Shown here: piece by piece, positions 25,533-39,535 of the stretch | Position numbering within the stretch: the stretch's first letter is position 1 | Layout: each line of letters opens with the position of its first letter | NCBI RefSeq assembly: GCF_002571385.2 | Contig: NW_019217946.1 | Coordinates: forward strand, 357,427-421,426 | DNA from: Stylophora pistillata | Taxonomy: Eukaryota | Direction of reading: 5' to 3' | Length of the DNA: 64,000 nt | Program-made: the position numbers and the translations under genes | The notes under the pieces: model-generated | Database searches by the model: none | Told to the model about the DNA's origin: nothing | Seen by the model: only the letters and a program-made list of their open reading frames with translations

Positions 25533-27740
25533 CCCAGGCAAAGTGCACACGAACAAGTAGGTTTTTTAATGCATCGCAAGGAGCGAATAAACATCGTTCG
25601 TGCACATTGCCCATGGTATTATGTTTTTATTTCGCATGTCAATGACTGGAAGTGAACAATTATGACAGGAACGATAGTATGTATGAAATAAATTCCTAAT
25701 CCAAAAAGGCTGCTGATCCTATTGCTACTTGTTTTGTTGTTGTTGTTGTTGCTTTTTTTTTTTTTACTAGACATTACGGCTGTTTCCATTTGCTAGAAAC
25801 GAAGCCATGAAAATGCATCTATGAGTAGCATCAAAAAAACTTCAGTTGTAAGTGTGCGTACTTTTAAAATTCGTAGAATTTACAATCCAAGGAAATGGTT
25901 CATATGAAGCCGGGAAACTAAAAGTGGACCTTCACCTCGAGTCGACTATGAACATAACATCTGAAACAACTGTCCCCCCAACTTCTATCATGACAACGCT
26001 ACCTCCAACCACAAACGCGACAACTATTCCTCCGACGTCGTCGTCGAGAACATCTCCAGCTGCATCTGAAACAATTCCCCCTTCTACACTACCTCCAACA
26101 CCAGGTCCTACAGTAAATTCTACGACGCTTGGGCCCGAGACAGGGGCCTCATCGAGACCCACAAATATTACGTCAACTCCAACAACCTTACCGCCAACAG
26201 CTGCAAAGGGTGACAACATAACAAGTACCACAGGGCAACCGACAATAAGTGCGGCAGTGAATGTCACTACCCCAACACCTGCGCCAGAGTATAATGATGG
26301 AAAACCTTTAGCAAACTCCAAGCAGTGTAAGTAAAATATTCAACCCACATTAGATATCAATTTTAAAAGAGAACGACAAATTAAAAACCCCACCGCTTTT
26401 AGCCTAATTGTTACCTTCCAGTGTGTTCTCGTTAACGTTTTCATTCCTCATCAATAGATGAATCCTTTTTAAAATACTTGTGTTTCGGGCAGTAACAGCT
26501 GTAGTCACTGTGGTGCTACTAAGGTTAGATGCATAGAAGTTGCTATGGCATCGACAAAAGAGGTGGCAAAGGTAGCAATAGCTATCAGGGGTTTGCACTC
26601 AAAAGCAGCAGTGATGGGAGGGGGGGTATTGAAGAGAGTGGCAATGATAGCGGAGGTAGTAATAGTATTAGTGACAGAGGTGAGTAGCACATTAGTGACA
26701 GCTCAGCGGAAGTGACAGTGGAAGCAAAGGGCGACGTAGAGGCCGCACCGGAAGTGTGTACACAAGTCTGATATAAATGGGGTTGTGATAAGGACAATGA
26801 ATTTGAACGACTCCCTAACATAAGCTTGGATTTAGTTTCAGCTTTAGATCGTACAGCCCTCGAGCTGCACAATTACTATCGCTCGATTCACGAGGCGCCT
26901 CTCCTAACCCTTGATGAAAACCTCCGAAAAGATGCTCAAGATTATGCTCTTAAAGTTGCTAGGAGCCAAATGCTACGGCCAGAACAAGATTTTGTGCTCA
27001 ACTCTAAAAATGAAGGAGAAAACCTGGGATTTAGATGCTCGACAATACGACCTGATCCTGAGAAAGCCTTGAGACAGATAATGAAGCGGTGGTAGGAAAT
27101 TCTCAGAGTGCTAACTCTCTTTACTCTTATCTTCTCTTACTTTTTCTCGTCTATGATCCTAGCTTTCCTCTCATTTTCGATATTTTGCGACTCGGCAGTG
27201 TAAATTGAACTGTCACTAGTAGAATTATTTCTCTGGTTCCCCCTCTTTATTAATGATCAAATCCCTCATTAGAAACTTTGTAATGTTACCGTGACAACCA
27301 AAACTACTATTTGGGAAAATTCCTGATCTACAGAAAAAAAATGTGCGAATGCTTTTTTGGACATTTGTGGCATAGTACAGTGTCGAGTGTTTTGTTCATG
27401 AAGTAACACTCAAATTATTCATTCAATTTTTTTATAACTGATCTTCAGGTATGACGAAGGCTGCCAATACAACTTTCAAGCACCACCAACGGACAAGTAC
27501 TCGTTCAGACACTTCACACAAATGACATGGAATGGAAGCAGAAGGCTAGGCGTTGGCATCACCTATGGGAAAATTAACAATCTGCATTGCTTGTACTTTG
27601 TCGCACGTTACAGACCCCGTGGAAACCTGGGAAACAAGCTCATATATATCAATAATGTCAAGAAAGGAGTTTTCGATTCGTCTTTTTGCAGACCAATAGT
27701 AAATCAAGTGCCTAACCAAGAGGTCATTTTAAAAGAATAA
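24872..27740 (+). CDS. CAP-3: secreted CAP protein with T/P mucin-like linker
   Basis: Exons 24872-24926, 25877-26326, ~26842-27091 and 27449-27740. Signal-like MTGPFIFLTMIQAIYA. CAP motifs LHNYYRSIH, GENLGFRC, WYDEGC, HFTQMTW and VARYRPRGN. Confidence 0.85.
25460..25528. repeat. (GA)n microsatellite
   Basis: Directly visible. Confidence 0.95.
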
Positions 27741-28449
27741 ACTGAGATTAATTTAACGTGTACAAACAAATGAAAAGAAAACTGCAATTTTTCTTTAACA
27801 TATGCTGAATATGTATTTATAAGAAGTGTATTATGAGGCTTTTTATTACTGATGATACTGGTAGCAGAATATTTAAGAGTGACGATGCGTAGTTCAGAAA
27901 AGCTATGTTTAACACATTAAGAGCTGTTGAATAAATAAGGCACCTGTACTTTGAAACTAATGCAAAACGTGTGGTGAGCGTTTTGAGCAACCACGTCCCT
28001 CCCTACTAAGATTCTGCTATGTGGTCTGATACTTTTGTTGTTAGGGATCGATCACAACTCCTTTTTCTTTCATTTTGGGCAATATGGCATAGATCAAACC
28101 CTTAGCTTTTGTTCAACGACTTGTGGTCATCTGTTGAGAATTACTATGGTCACTCTTAGGAACACCTAAAATTCAGCTAAACATTCCCGTGACTCAGGGT
28201 TGAGCCGGTACAATGTTCTACGGTTTTCAGGTCAAATCTACTGTAATCCCATCAGCCAGATTGTATCTAATCGCCATTTCAGTCCCTACCGCTAAAACAA
28301 GATTGAATCAGATTATAGAACTATTTAAGGAAGTAACCTAGGATAGCATTGGCTCAGAACACTTTGTGATTGATTATACATAGCTTTGTAAGTTATGCCT
28401 ACAATCTTGTTACGGCTTCTACAATCACGAAAAATTAACAAAAAAGAGG

Positions 28450-28507
28450 AAAACTAACTAAAAAGAGGTAAACTAACTAAAAAGAGGTAAACTAACTAAC
28501 AAGAGGT
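28450..28507. repeat. ~19-bp tandem repeat, 3 copies (AAACTAACTAAAAAGAGGT)
   Basis: Directly visible. Confidence 0.8.
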
Positions 28508-29387
28508 GCTTGACTATTCTATCTTTTATACATAAATTTTAAGGTACCTCGGTGAGCTAACAGCGGAAAACACGACTGGTGGGGTGTTAAAAGCTGGATT
28601 GGTGAAACAACCAGTTAATTGTACAGGTTCCGGATGAATAAATTCACACCTTTTTCACCTCATTGCCAAGCAATAATAATTCCAAAAATACTTTGAATGT
28701 AGTTGGTAATTGTTATGAAACTTACTTTTTTGCCTCACGGATTTCTTAAGGAGTTCTACAGTATTTAATTGAACTCCCAACGGACAACAAGAGATGAAGG
28801 ACAGAAATCAAAGCTTTTTACAGGATGACAAAAGACATACAGTTATTGTTTACTCAGAGAATAATGCTGGTACTGATATTACATATTTACCTAAACCTGT
28901 TTTAAATGAATAAGTGGAAGAAATTATTACTCATTTCTTGTCTCTCGAATTTTCGTCACTTTCAAGTAAGTTATGGTTTCTTCAACACAAAAATTTAAGA
29001 ATTCATTGTTACTTCTCTTTGGCTTCTGACTTGGTGATTTCTGTATGAAAAATAGAATCAAGGATCGACAGAATAAGTTCTGTAGTTTAATTTGGTGTCA
29101 TTCTTAATCGAATGAATAAACATAAACGAGTACATTTTTTTAAAACTTTCTTCCAATTTCTTCTCAATTCACTAGACATATTTTGATACTCTTAATTTTT
29201 CAGACGTTTTTTTTTAACCAATAACCTTTTATTCTTACTTGTACGTTTCGTGATGCTTTTAATGTTATTGTTATTTTGTGGACTCAGGGATAGTATTTAA
29301 ACACTGCCTAAGCCCACGTTCCTGATTGTTGATGGTTTATGTTAGTGCCACGGCTCTTTATTTAATTGACCAAGTTTACTTTTTAGA

Positions 29388-31928
29388 ATGAAAGCTTTGC
29401 AACTGTCTGCCATATGCCTTTCCATTGTCATAAGCATTTACTGGAACTATGGTGAGTGATTGAACCTTGAAAACAAACTGTTTCTTATCAGGCGCTCTTC
29501 AGCAAAACCTCGACTATAAACCCCGAACAAAAACTCAACCTTTGGATGACGGTTGTTTACATTGTGCCCCTTACTCATTCTATTTGCCCCAATAAGAACA
29601 GGAGGTTAAAAGGGAGATATATACAGGAATTAAGTTGTTCAGCTAGTCTTTGCATTATGGACGCTTCCATGCTACACAAAATGGAACAACGACGAAAATG
29701 AAAAACTGGTATTAATATAGTGTAAGTTTATAAAATTCACATCATAAAGGCAGGAGGAAAACCACTGCGTCCTGTGGAGGATTGGCTCTCGGGAAAAGCG
29801 AGAACCATATTCAGTTGACAGCAGAGTGGTGTAGTTTGAATTGAAACAATTCATATTCGTAGTCGTAAGCTCGTTATATATTCCATCTTTTACTTTTAAG
29901 TCCAAACAGGAAAACGAGGCCCAGTGAAGGATACTAAAAAGGACCAGTTCATGATAACAGGAAAGGGAACAACTAAAGGGGGCAAGACGAAGATAATCGT
30001 TTACATGCAGACTACTGGTGAAAATCCAATCAATCCAGCACTAGGTAAGAAACAAGGGAAGAAAGCTTCTAATGTTACACCTGATCATTCTGGTAAACTG
30101 AAACTCCGAGTCCGTCACCTACCACAACAATACCACTGTCTGCTCAGGTCACAAGTGCATCACCAAAACCAAAGAAAGGGAAACACTTTTAAGTCACACC
30201 AAAACACCACCAACAGGTGGCAAGGCCTAGCCAAAATCGGAGATTTGCACCGGGTCGGAGTGTGAAAAACTCCAGCGCAAAAAAGTTGGTATCAAGCTCT
30301 TTAAATAATGCAGCGAGGGCTACTGTGGACTCTGCTAAAGCTACATCAACACCCTCTGCGATTATCAAGTCCTCGTCAATGACCAGTGCTGGTTTCCTTT
30401 CCTCTTCTAACTCTGCTAAATCCACCCCTGCGCCTCAGTCCAGCGGAGTGGTGCCGGTAAAAAGCAAACAAGCCGCTACCAGTGGCTCACCCGGACCTTC
30501 GCCGCAACCTTCAAGAAAGCAACCTACAACCAGTAGTTCGTCGGCATCTTCACCTCCACCCGATCAGTCTTCGAGTCAGGCTTCAGTGCAGCCTAGTGCT
30601 ACAAATAGTACAGCTATCCAATCTTCATCTGTATCAAGTTTAGCTCCTTCTTCATCTTCACCTCCAGCAGTAATCTCTTCAACTTCAGTTTCCCTTGACC
30701 CAAGTGCGACGAAAAATGCAGTTCCTCAAGTTTCATCTCTCGCTAGTGTTGATCCTTTCTTGACTCTGTCACTTGCGATTAAATCTCCTAGTGCAGGCGC
30801 ATCAAGCGCTGCGGTTACCCAAACTTCCTCTCTTCCAGGGTCCAGTGCTTCTTCCTCTCCTGGATCAACCATTACACCCGCAAAGTCTTCCCCAACAAAC
30901 CCCAACAACTACTCCTTACTTTACATTTAAGCGATAACTTTCCTCGTGATTATTCTCCTTTTATGGTCAGTCAGTTTATATATCTGCACCTATGTACGCT
31001 ATTTAAACACTTTTAAGTCTCGAACTGATCGTTTCCCCCAGTTTCCCGAGACGAACACATAGCTCTGGATGAGCACAACTTCTTCGAGGCTTGCATAAAT
31101 CAGCGCCACTCAGTCTTAACAAAGATATGGTATTTGAAGCACGCGAGTACGCCAAAAAAATTTCTGTCGCTGGAAATCTTTCACAAGGATGAATCGCCAG
31201 ATAAACTGAAACAAATGGGTGAAGGAGAAAATATTGGACTGGTGTGTTCTAAGGTTGAACTATCAGCTGCGCGAGTAGAGAGGAAAGTCGTAGATACCCG
31301 GTAAGGTTTTATACAAATAATCTTGCCTCACTGGGATTCTGTTGTTGTATTTCATCAAATATCATTGAATTTACATATACACATGGTGAGAGACAATAAC
31401 ATATGAAAAACTATTACGTTAATCTATGGACGCAATGCTCACTTACTCGGCATACGGTACACAAAAATGCTTTTCAGAGATCAGGATTAGTTCGCAACAA
31501 ATTCAAGAAGTTCAAATAATTTTTAAGTGTCTGCATGTGAGTACGTACAAAAGGGAAATTCATGTCTACCGGGAAAAAGCAACTCGATTTTAAATTCATT
31601 CCCTCTCTTATTCTACTTGTAGGCACAGAGAGGCGTGTAAATATAACCTCCAAGATCCTGACCCGATGTCCAAAAAAGCAGCTCATTTCACACAGCTTGT
31701 GTGAGGTGCTTCTAAACAACTCGGCGTTGGTGTTGCCGTGACAAAAAATGGGAAAAAGAATTGTGTATACGTTGTTGCTTGATACAAGCCTATGGAAGCT
31801 CGAAAGACCCAAAGAGCCTTAAAACTAATTTCAAAAAAGGATTATTTGATGCTTCCATTGACTGTGCTGCCAGCTCAAAGAAAAAGTTTTTCATTGCCGT
31901 GAAAGATCATTGCTTCTTATCAGCTTAG
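29388..31928 (+). pseudogene. CAP-4: unprocessed CAP pseudogene with Ser-rich linker
   Basis: Exons 29388-29451, 29901-~30920, 31042-31300 and 31623-~31928. Frameshifts in exons 2-4. The conserved intron-split Trp is changed to Arg. In-frame TGA in HFTQLV* and VVA*YKP. Confidence 0.85.
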
Positions 31929-32066
31929 TCGTTGAAGCTTATTTGTTACTGGGCGGGTAATGTTAAGAAAACGCCTCCGTGAAGAGCTACGAGTAGCAAG
32001 AAAAAACTTTAAAAGTCTTACTTTTGACTTTTTGTTGGTTATTGTAACAGGTCAAACAATAGTGAA

Positions 32067-33920
32067 GTGCAGCTCTTACGTATTGCTTTAAATCTCAGCC
32101 TCGTTGCCTTAAGCTGGCACGAAGTGAAAGACTTAATTTTCTATTTCAAGTGTCGCGCTCGCCACTACACCTTACCCATAGCTGATTATGTCAGGCCCAA
32201 AGGCACCCGTCTTACTCATCATAGCTCTGATCAAGACGTACTAATTCCTAAGTGCCGTACAAAGCTTTTTCAATTTAGTTACTTTAATCGTGTCGCTAAA
32301 CTCTGGAATACCTTACCTGTATCCACTCGTATTATTAGTTCTCTCAATCAGTTTAAATCTCACGTACTCCAACGCTATTCGGCTGCTTTTCGTACAAACT
32401 ATGACGTCACTAACTTCAACACCTGGAAGTCGATCTNNNNNNNNNNNNNNNNNNNNNNNNNNNNNNNNNNNNNNNNNNNNNNNNNNNNNNNNNNNNNNNN
32501 NNNNNNNNNNNNNNNNNNNNNNNNNNNNNNNNNNNNNNNNNNNNNNNNNNNNNNNNNNNNNNNNNNNNNNNNNNNNNNNNNNNNNNNNNNNNNNNNNNNN
32601 NNNNNNNNNNNNNNNNNNNNNNNNNNNNNNNNNNNNNNNNNNNNNNNNNNNNNNNNNNNNNNNNNNNNNNNNNNNNNNNNNNNNNNNNNNNNNNNNNNNN
32701 NNNNNNNNNNNNNNNNNNNNNNNNNNNNNNNNNNNNNNNNNNNNNNNNNNNNNNNNNNNNNNNNNNNNNNNNNNNNNNNNNNNNNNNNNNNNNNNNNNNN
32801 NNNNNNNNNNNNNNNNNNNNNNNNNNNNNNNNNNNNNNNNNNNNNNNNNNNNNNNNNNNNNNNNNNNNNNNNNNNNNNNNNNNNNNNNNNNNNNNNNNNN
32901 NNNNNNNNNNNNNNNNNNNNNNNNNNNNNNNNNNNNNNNNNNNNNNNNNNNNNNNNNNNNNNNNNNNNNNNNNNNNNNNNNNNNNNNNNNNNNNNNNNNN
33001 NNNNNNNNNNNNNNNNNNNNNNNNNNNNNNNNNNNNNNNNNNNNNNNNNNNNNNNNNNNNNNNNNNNNNNNNNNNNNNNNNNNNNNNNNNNNNNNNNNNN
33101 NNNNNNNNNNNNNNNNNNNNNNNNNNNNNNNNNNNNNNNNNNNNNNNNNNNNNNNNNNNNNNNNNNNNNNNNNNNNNNNNNNNNNNNNNNNNNNNNNNNN
33201 NNNNNNNNNNNNNNNNNNNNNNNNNNNNNGTGCAGCTCTTACGTATTGCTTTAAATCTCAGCCTCGTTGCCTTAAGCTGGCACGAAGTGAAAGACTTAAT
33301 TTTCTATTTCAAGTGTCGCGCTCGCCACTACACCTTACCCATAGCTGATTATGTCAGGCCCAAAGGCACCCGTCTTACTCGTCATAGCTCTGATCAAGAC
33401 GTACTAATTCCTAAGTGCCGTACAAAGCTTTTTCAATTTAGTTACTTTAATCGTGTCGCTAAACTCTGGAATACCTTACCTGTATCCACTCGTATTATTA
33501 GTTCTCTCAATCAGTTTAAATCTCACGTACTCCAACGCTATTCGGCTGCTTTTCGTACAAACTATGACGTCACTAACTTCAACACCTGGAAGTCGATCTG
33601 CTGCAAATGCAGTAGGTCACGTGATCTTCTATTAGTTGGTAACTGCTGCTATTAGGACTTTCTATCGGTCGCATGAGGGATTTATTCCTATCGTTTTCGT
33701 TTTTTCTTTTATTATTTTATATACTTTTTTATATACTTTTTACACTGTCTATTGTTTACATAGTTAATATTTGTTTATTTCTCGTACGGACACACTTAAT
33801 TTGGAGCCTCGCTCTGTTGTGTGTCCCGCACCCTTGTCCTCCGTTCTCTTCTTTGTCTTGTTCATATGTGTATTTTAGTCCTTTTAGTATTGAAAGTATG
33901 GTGAAAGCGATTAAATAAAT
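32067..33920 (+). mobile_element. 3' end of a LINE (RT C-terminus and 3' UTR), duplicated on both sides of an N gap
   Basis: CRTKLFQFSYFNRVAKLWNTLP..SLNQFK motif. 32068-32436 is nearly identical to 33230-33599. A-rich end near 33915. Confidence 0.75.
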
Positions 33921-35439
33921 TAAGCTCAAAGAACAAATTTCGTAGCTCCAAATGATATTCTTAAATTGCCCTCGAATTGTGATGATTCGTTTTCTTGCAA
34001 ATTTGGATAAATTTTCATGAGCGTTCAGATCCTCTTCTAATTTATCCACAACTGAAGGTGGCGCTGAACATTGAGAGTGTCAAGTACTCGTCAGAATAAC
34101 AAATTCTGTGAACTCGAGCGAAAGCTACCAAGCAATGATTTTCTCTGGCAGTATTCACAAGCTCTACAGCGAAAAGTTTACTCAAAGTTCTAAACTCGCG
34201 GTTCACCTAAGGAAATTCGAAAAGCTTTTTTTTCGCTCTATGGCTCAAAAAAGCCTACTGAGTGAGACAACCGTCAGTTTTATGTTGTATTTGCACTGTA
34301 GAGCGATGCTGATCGTTGAAACAAATGAAGAGATGATAAAATATGCAGAACAGATTACTAGGACCACGGATGAATTTTTTGCCTTACAAATGTTATACAA
34401 AGATTATTATTAAATTCTTTCTTGCACGGACATTGGTATTCAAAAGCGAGCTAAGCAATCCATCGTGATTCGTTTACAGCACATACGAAAAGCGGCCTAC
34501 GGCCTCGGGCCGTATCCAAGACCTCGAGCACACAGGTTTTTTCCAATACAGAGATCCCGGTTGGTAAATAGCATGTGTTTCTCCTTTCTTGTAAATCATA
34601 AAATTAATTATCATGAGCCCATAACCTCAATGTTTGTGACAGGCTCAGTGAAGTGAAACTCGACTTCATTCAGTCTTCAAGGTGGCCAGTCTAAGATATA
34701 AAGTTGAGACCAGAAATGAAGAAGATTAAATTTTCACTTTTGAATACCTGCACCTGCTAGCATTGGTGGCACAATGTCGGAAGGGGCGTGATTACCAGGC
34801 AACTTTAAGACTGTCAGAAAAAAAAAAAGGCCAAACATGACCTCATAGTAATTACCAACTCACCGAGAACTCTGTCCCGTTAACATGCGTTCAGTGGTTA
34901 ATTGGTGCCGTCAAAATGGTGTTCCCGTAATAAACATGCCATAGACATTGTTTATATGAAGGTAAGTCGACTTTTACTTTCGAGTAAACCAAAGTGACAT
35001 CTTTAATTCATTATCCATTTGATACTATTTACAAACACTTCCTTCTTCCGTAATCTTGACTCAAATAGAAAATGTGTTTAGATTTCGGAGAGGACTTGGT
35101 GGCATTGATATTTCTCCAAACTTTAAAGTACACGTTTAAAGCACGCGTGTACTCAAAATAAATTGTACTTTTTTCCTATTCCAATACTAGGGAAACTGAG
35201 AGGATCAGAACACTGCATTTTGAAGTTTTGGCGTTTGTTATTACGTGAAAGCGTAAAAGCTGTCATTCATGAGCGGTTGACTGATCTTTATTACTACAGC
35301 GAATATCATGAAAACGAGGAACTGTAGTTTATTGTAACAAATTAATTTTAAACTATTTTCTACGTAAAGTAGGAGTCAGTGGATGAAGGTTCTAGTGAGA
35401 ATCTGGTTTAGGGAAGGAGAATCCACCTTCCACCTAAGC

Positions 35440-38400
35440 ATGTGGACATTTATTTTGCACTGTGCTGTGGTTACGCTGGGTATCACAAATTCTGCTACAA
35501 CAGGTAAGCAGGATGACCTCTCGTTTGAAACTATTAAAGATCTAGATATACTTAAACAATGTTACTCGCAAGATGGTGCTATTCTCATATCACAACAAAG
35601 TATCCTCGCGAGTTTGAAAGAAAATTCGAAGAAGATAGAAGGAAATTACGAACCAGATTATTGGTTGAGGGATGAAGCAGTTTTCATTTTTTTTTTCCTA
35701 TAAATATAGGTTTTACTTTTATCTTGTCTCTTTTCAACCATTTCCTAACTCACGGTTAAAATATCTTTTTACCAAATGAAAGACGAATAGTTATAAGATT
35801 AAATGAATAATCTTACAATAAGCATTGAAAGTTTGAACAAGAAAACCGATTGATGAAATGGTTGATGATTCACCTAAAGATGCCTCTCACTAAAATAAAC
35901 TTTCGACGTTATTTCGCTTCGTTCACTTTCACCCGACATTCATGCACTACCCGTGCTGCATAATTATTAATCACCATGGCATTGTCTCATTCATCTCCTC
36001 AGCTACGGTCTCTCGATCATTTCTGACAGATTTTGACAAGATGGATAAATTTACCACGAAGTCGCAATCGAAAAAACAAAGAATGACAATACCGCATTTT
36101 CTACGAACGTTTAATGGCAATTCAGTTTCACTGAGTTCTGCTTTTATATTGCCTGTTAAGCACAGGATAATTTCACAGACGTCAAACGCTCCTAACAAAC
36201 AGCTGCATCATCCTCCAGCCAGGAATTCATTGCCCCTCTACAAAGTGAAGCAAGGAGTTAATGGCGGCTTGCAAAATGGATATATAGCTCAACACCCCCT
36301 TGTACACCAAAGAGGAAGAAACGATAATAATACCACTAATACCAATAAAGTATTTGAAATGGTGGGACCACCTCTTGCACTCAACACTCAGTTAAAAGGG
36401 TTGTTCCACTCACCGAAAGGTCGTGTTGTGGCAAGCGCAAGCAACTTCAGTGGAAAAGCAAATAAACACAGTCCTCTAACGAACTATAGCAACAAAGGAT
36501 TCATTCTCGCAAAGCAATTGAAGGACACATCAGCTTTAAGAGAGAAGACGCCTTTAGACGAAGAAATAATCGTAATGGGAGCGCCTTTAATATTCACTAA
36601 AGGAAACAAAAAATTTCTCACTATTTCAAAACATACCAAAGGAAAGACAAGCAACATTTTAAGGAACAGGGCTGCTCCCTTTCATCAGAAAGCTTATACT
36701 CCTCAAAAACTTCAAGGAGTGCATGAGAGCAAAACGTCTTTGAATATGTTGGCTTTGCATAACAAGACGACACTTCGAAACGACAAGGATGTTAGTTCAT
36801 CAATGAGTCCCAAAAATATCCAAAATCACATCCCTTCAAATGGGAATTTCCATAAACAAGAAAATAATAAAGTGGCAAATCTCTTGAAACAAAACCAAAG
36901 TAAAACGTCAAGTCAAAGTGAAAGTCAAAAGGAAACATTTGGGAATGAAACAGTGGTAATTACAGACAATTTTCTTCCTCATAACGTAAGTTTGAAGCAT
37001 CCTGATTCAACTTATTTTCACAAACAAACACCTAATAAAAGTGGAAATCAACTCCAGAGCATAGAACAGAAACAAACAGACGTTTTCTTTGAGACTGAAC
37101 TGGGTTCTAATGAAACTAGCAAAGCAGAAGGCCCTGGTAAAAATACTACTGGTTACCAAGAATACAACGCAAAAGAAAATCATGGCAGTGAAGAAACCAA
37201 CTCTATATTCACAACTATAATTGGTGACAGGCAAGAAAACCTTCCGCCATTTCCTGAAGAAAATTCTGAAGAAAAAAATGTCGAAGATTTGCAAATTTTC
37301 AGCGATGATAGTGGTAGCGTAAGCAAAGACCGAGATGAAGGAGAAAGGGATGGTCAGTTTCAAGGTAAACCGATGACTTCAGCTTCAAACCAGCGGTACA
37401 TGCCAGTGGATGACTTTGGGTCGCCTTTTTATGGCAATGAGACAGGTAAGCGTCTTCACAGTTGGACTAGTAATTTGGTAATTATATAGACCTCTAGTAT
37501 CTTGACAGGAGTACATCTGTGGATGTTATCGCAGATTGTTTAATTATAATTGCCTTTAAATCCCTTTTCGCAATATTTTGAAACTCTATAAATGATAGTT
37601 CCATGATAAAAATAATTCGCATCTCCAATACGAAACATAACTATTTTATGATTAAATTATATTTGCTTTGCGTTCAAAATTAATCACCATTGTAAGATGA
37701 AACTTCCGTTGAACTAAATTTCGCAGACGAGTATTTTAAGCGAGACGCCCTTGCAGCCCACAACAGGTATCGAGCTTTGCACAATGCTCCTCCTCTGCAA
37801 CTTAGCCGGGAGCTGTCCGCGGAGGCTGAAAAGTTTGCCAAACGACTGGCTAAAGTGGGTGTCGCATATCATGAAATAAACCGTAACCTTCGGAAGGAGG
37901 ATGAAGGTGATAATGTGGCAAGAGGGTGCAGTGAGTGGGGAGGGCTGACATCTACTGGAGCGATACATAGATGGTGAGAGCCTGCATTTCATTGTACATG
38001 CATAACTGTAAACAAGTAAACCGGCTGAAAAACCTTTTTTTGATTTCTTAAAGATTTCTTGATGGAATCTAAAAACATAATTTATCACCTGCTTAGAAGT
38101 TCAAGAGAACTTTTAACTTCTTTTGTTTTGTAATAGGTCGTGAAAATAATTTCATTTTCTCGGCCTTTTCAGATTAAATATTGACATTTTTCAAATGGAC
38201 GGCAGACTTTTAATTCAAACAAGAATCATCAATCGTACTTAAACGTTTTAAAAAATAACCAACCACAGGTATAGCCAAGTGTGTTATTTTAACTGGAGCA
38301 AGAACGCCATTCAACCCGAAGCGAAGAATTTCATGCAATTAATATGGAAAGGAACCAATCACATGGGAATAGGAAGAGCTTTTGGAACTCGCCGTGGCCT

Positions 38401-38938
38401 ACCTTGCACTTTCATCGTGGCACGTTACAGACCTGGTGTTATGAATGCATATGAAATGCACAGTAACGTAGACAGCGGCTCATTCCTGCCTTCATATTGC
38501 GATGCGGATAAGGACAAAGGTTTAATGTCCACAGGATATCCAAGTACATTTTTTCAGAAGGGAGTTGCACAACAATTCAATGAACCACCTCCTGACCCTC
38601 AGTCCTTTAGTAATTTCCAAAACAATGCAGACCCCTTAACAAGCGTAACGTTCTACCCTCTGGGTCCATGGGAGAAAACTATAGATTCGCAAGATGAGAG
38701 TGACTTTACGAGGGTACAACCCGATGAAAAGAAACTGTACAGTTTGTCACCTCGTGTCAATGTAGCAGACGCTACCCTCGACGACGATATGGACGACGAG
38801 GATAATGTCTCGATTACAGGCGATGATGATGACTGGAAGAGGACATATAAGTCACCTAAGGTTAAAGGTCACATAGTCGTGGATGCAAAGAAGTCTACAA
38901 TTAAGAAGACAGAAAAACGTCTTAAAAAAGCCGGCTGA
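35440..38938 (+). CDS. CAP-5: large secreted CAP protein with ~480-aa disordered N-region and Asp-rich C-tail
   Basis: Exons 35440-35503, 36003-37445, 37727-37973 and 38269-38938. Signal MWTFILHCAVVTLGITNSA. CAP motifs AHNRYRALH, GDNVARGC, WYSQVC, NFMQLIWK and IVARYRPG. Confidence 0.85.
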
Positions 38939-39294
38939 ACATTAAAAGCAAACTCGTACTGATGAAGGCAATTTAATAACTTCTGTGACCATACTAGAGC
39001 AGGAATGATCACATGGCAAGCTGGTTATGAGTGAAAACATGCAAAGTGTACGTCAGTGATCTCTTAAATCAATATGTTGCTAGTCAGAGTGTTCAAGAGC
39101 AAAAATTTCGCCAAGAGGTAAATTTGATTCCAAACCCATATGGCAGAAACTTTCAACTCTCTCTCCAAAGGATCCTATGAAAACCTACGTATTACTTATT
39201 TATTGATATGATTTCTCATTTACTTGTCTAAGATTATAGCTGCATGTGTGGATTAAATTGTAGATAAATATGTCCTGTATTAAATGAATAAAGA

Positions 39295-39535
39295 TGATAA
39301 GTTTCTGAGGAAACTGTGCCGCTGCGTCAGTGGGGTGTATCATAAGATAACAATGTTTTATCAACTAAAGTTGATAATGTATGTTGGCCGCCGTGGAGAT
39401 ATCAGTTTCTATAGCTGACGTTTTCAGAGCTAGCCTTTCGTCAAAGTGAATGACGAACAGCAAACGCTCCAAACGGAGCTTTAGGATTGACGCCGTCAAA
39501 AGTGACCAATTTATATCATCTACTTAGTTGATAAG
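39295..39535. mobile_element. Penelope-like repeat fragment
   Basis: Degenerate palindrome GCTGACGTTTTCAGAGCTAGCCTTTCGTCA...TGACGAACAGCAAACGCTCCAAACG, resembling PLE terminal repeats. Confidence 0.4.

Noticed and set aside
25932-26321. Antisense Val/Gly-rich ORFs opposite the Thr/Pro/Ser linkers (also 16577, 30189, 30726, 37007)
   Set aside because: They are shadow frames of low-complexity sense exons.
32067-33599. Apparent direct repeats (LTR-like) around the N gap
   Set aside because: The identical LINE 3' sequence on both sides of a gap is best explained as an unmerged contig overlap. There are no TG...CA termini.
36070-36160. Hairpin motif in CAP-5 (RMTIPHFLRTFNGNSVSLSSAFIL)
   Set aside because: The position and NG turn are suggestive, but the GxG is missing, so it was not counted as a match.
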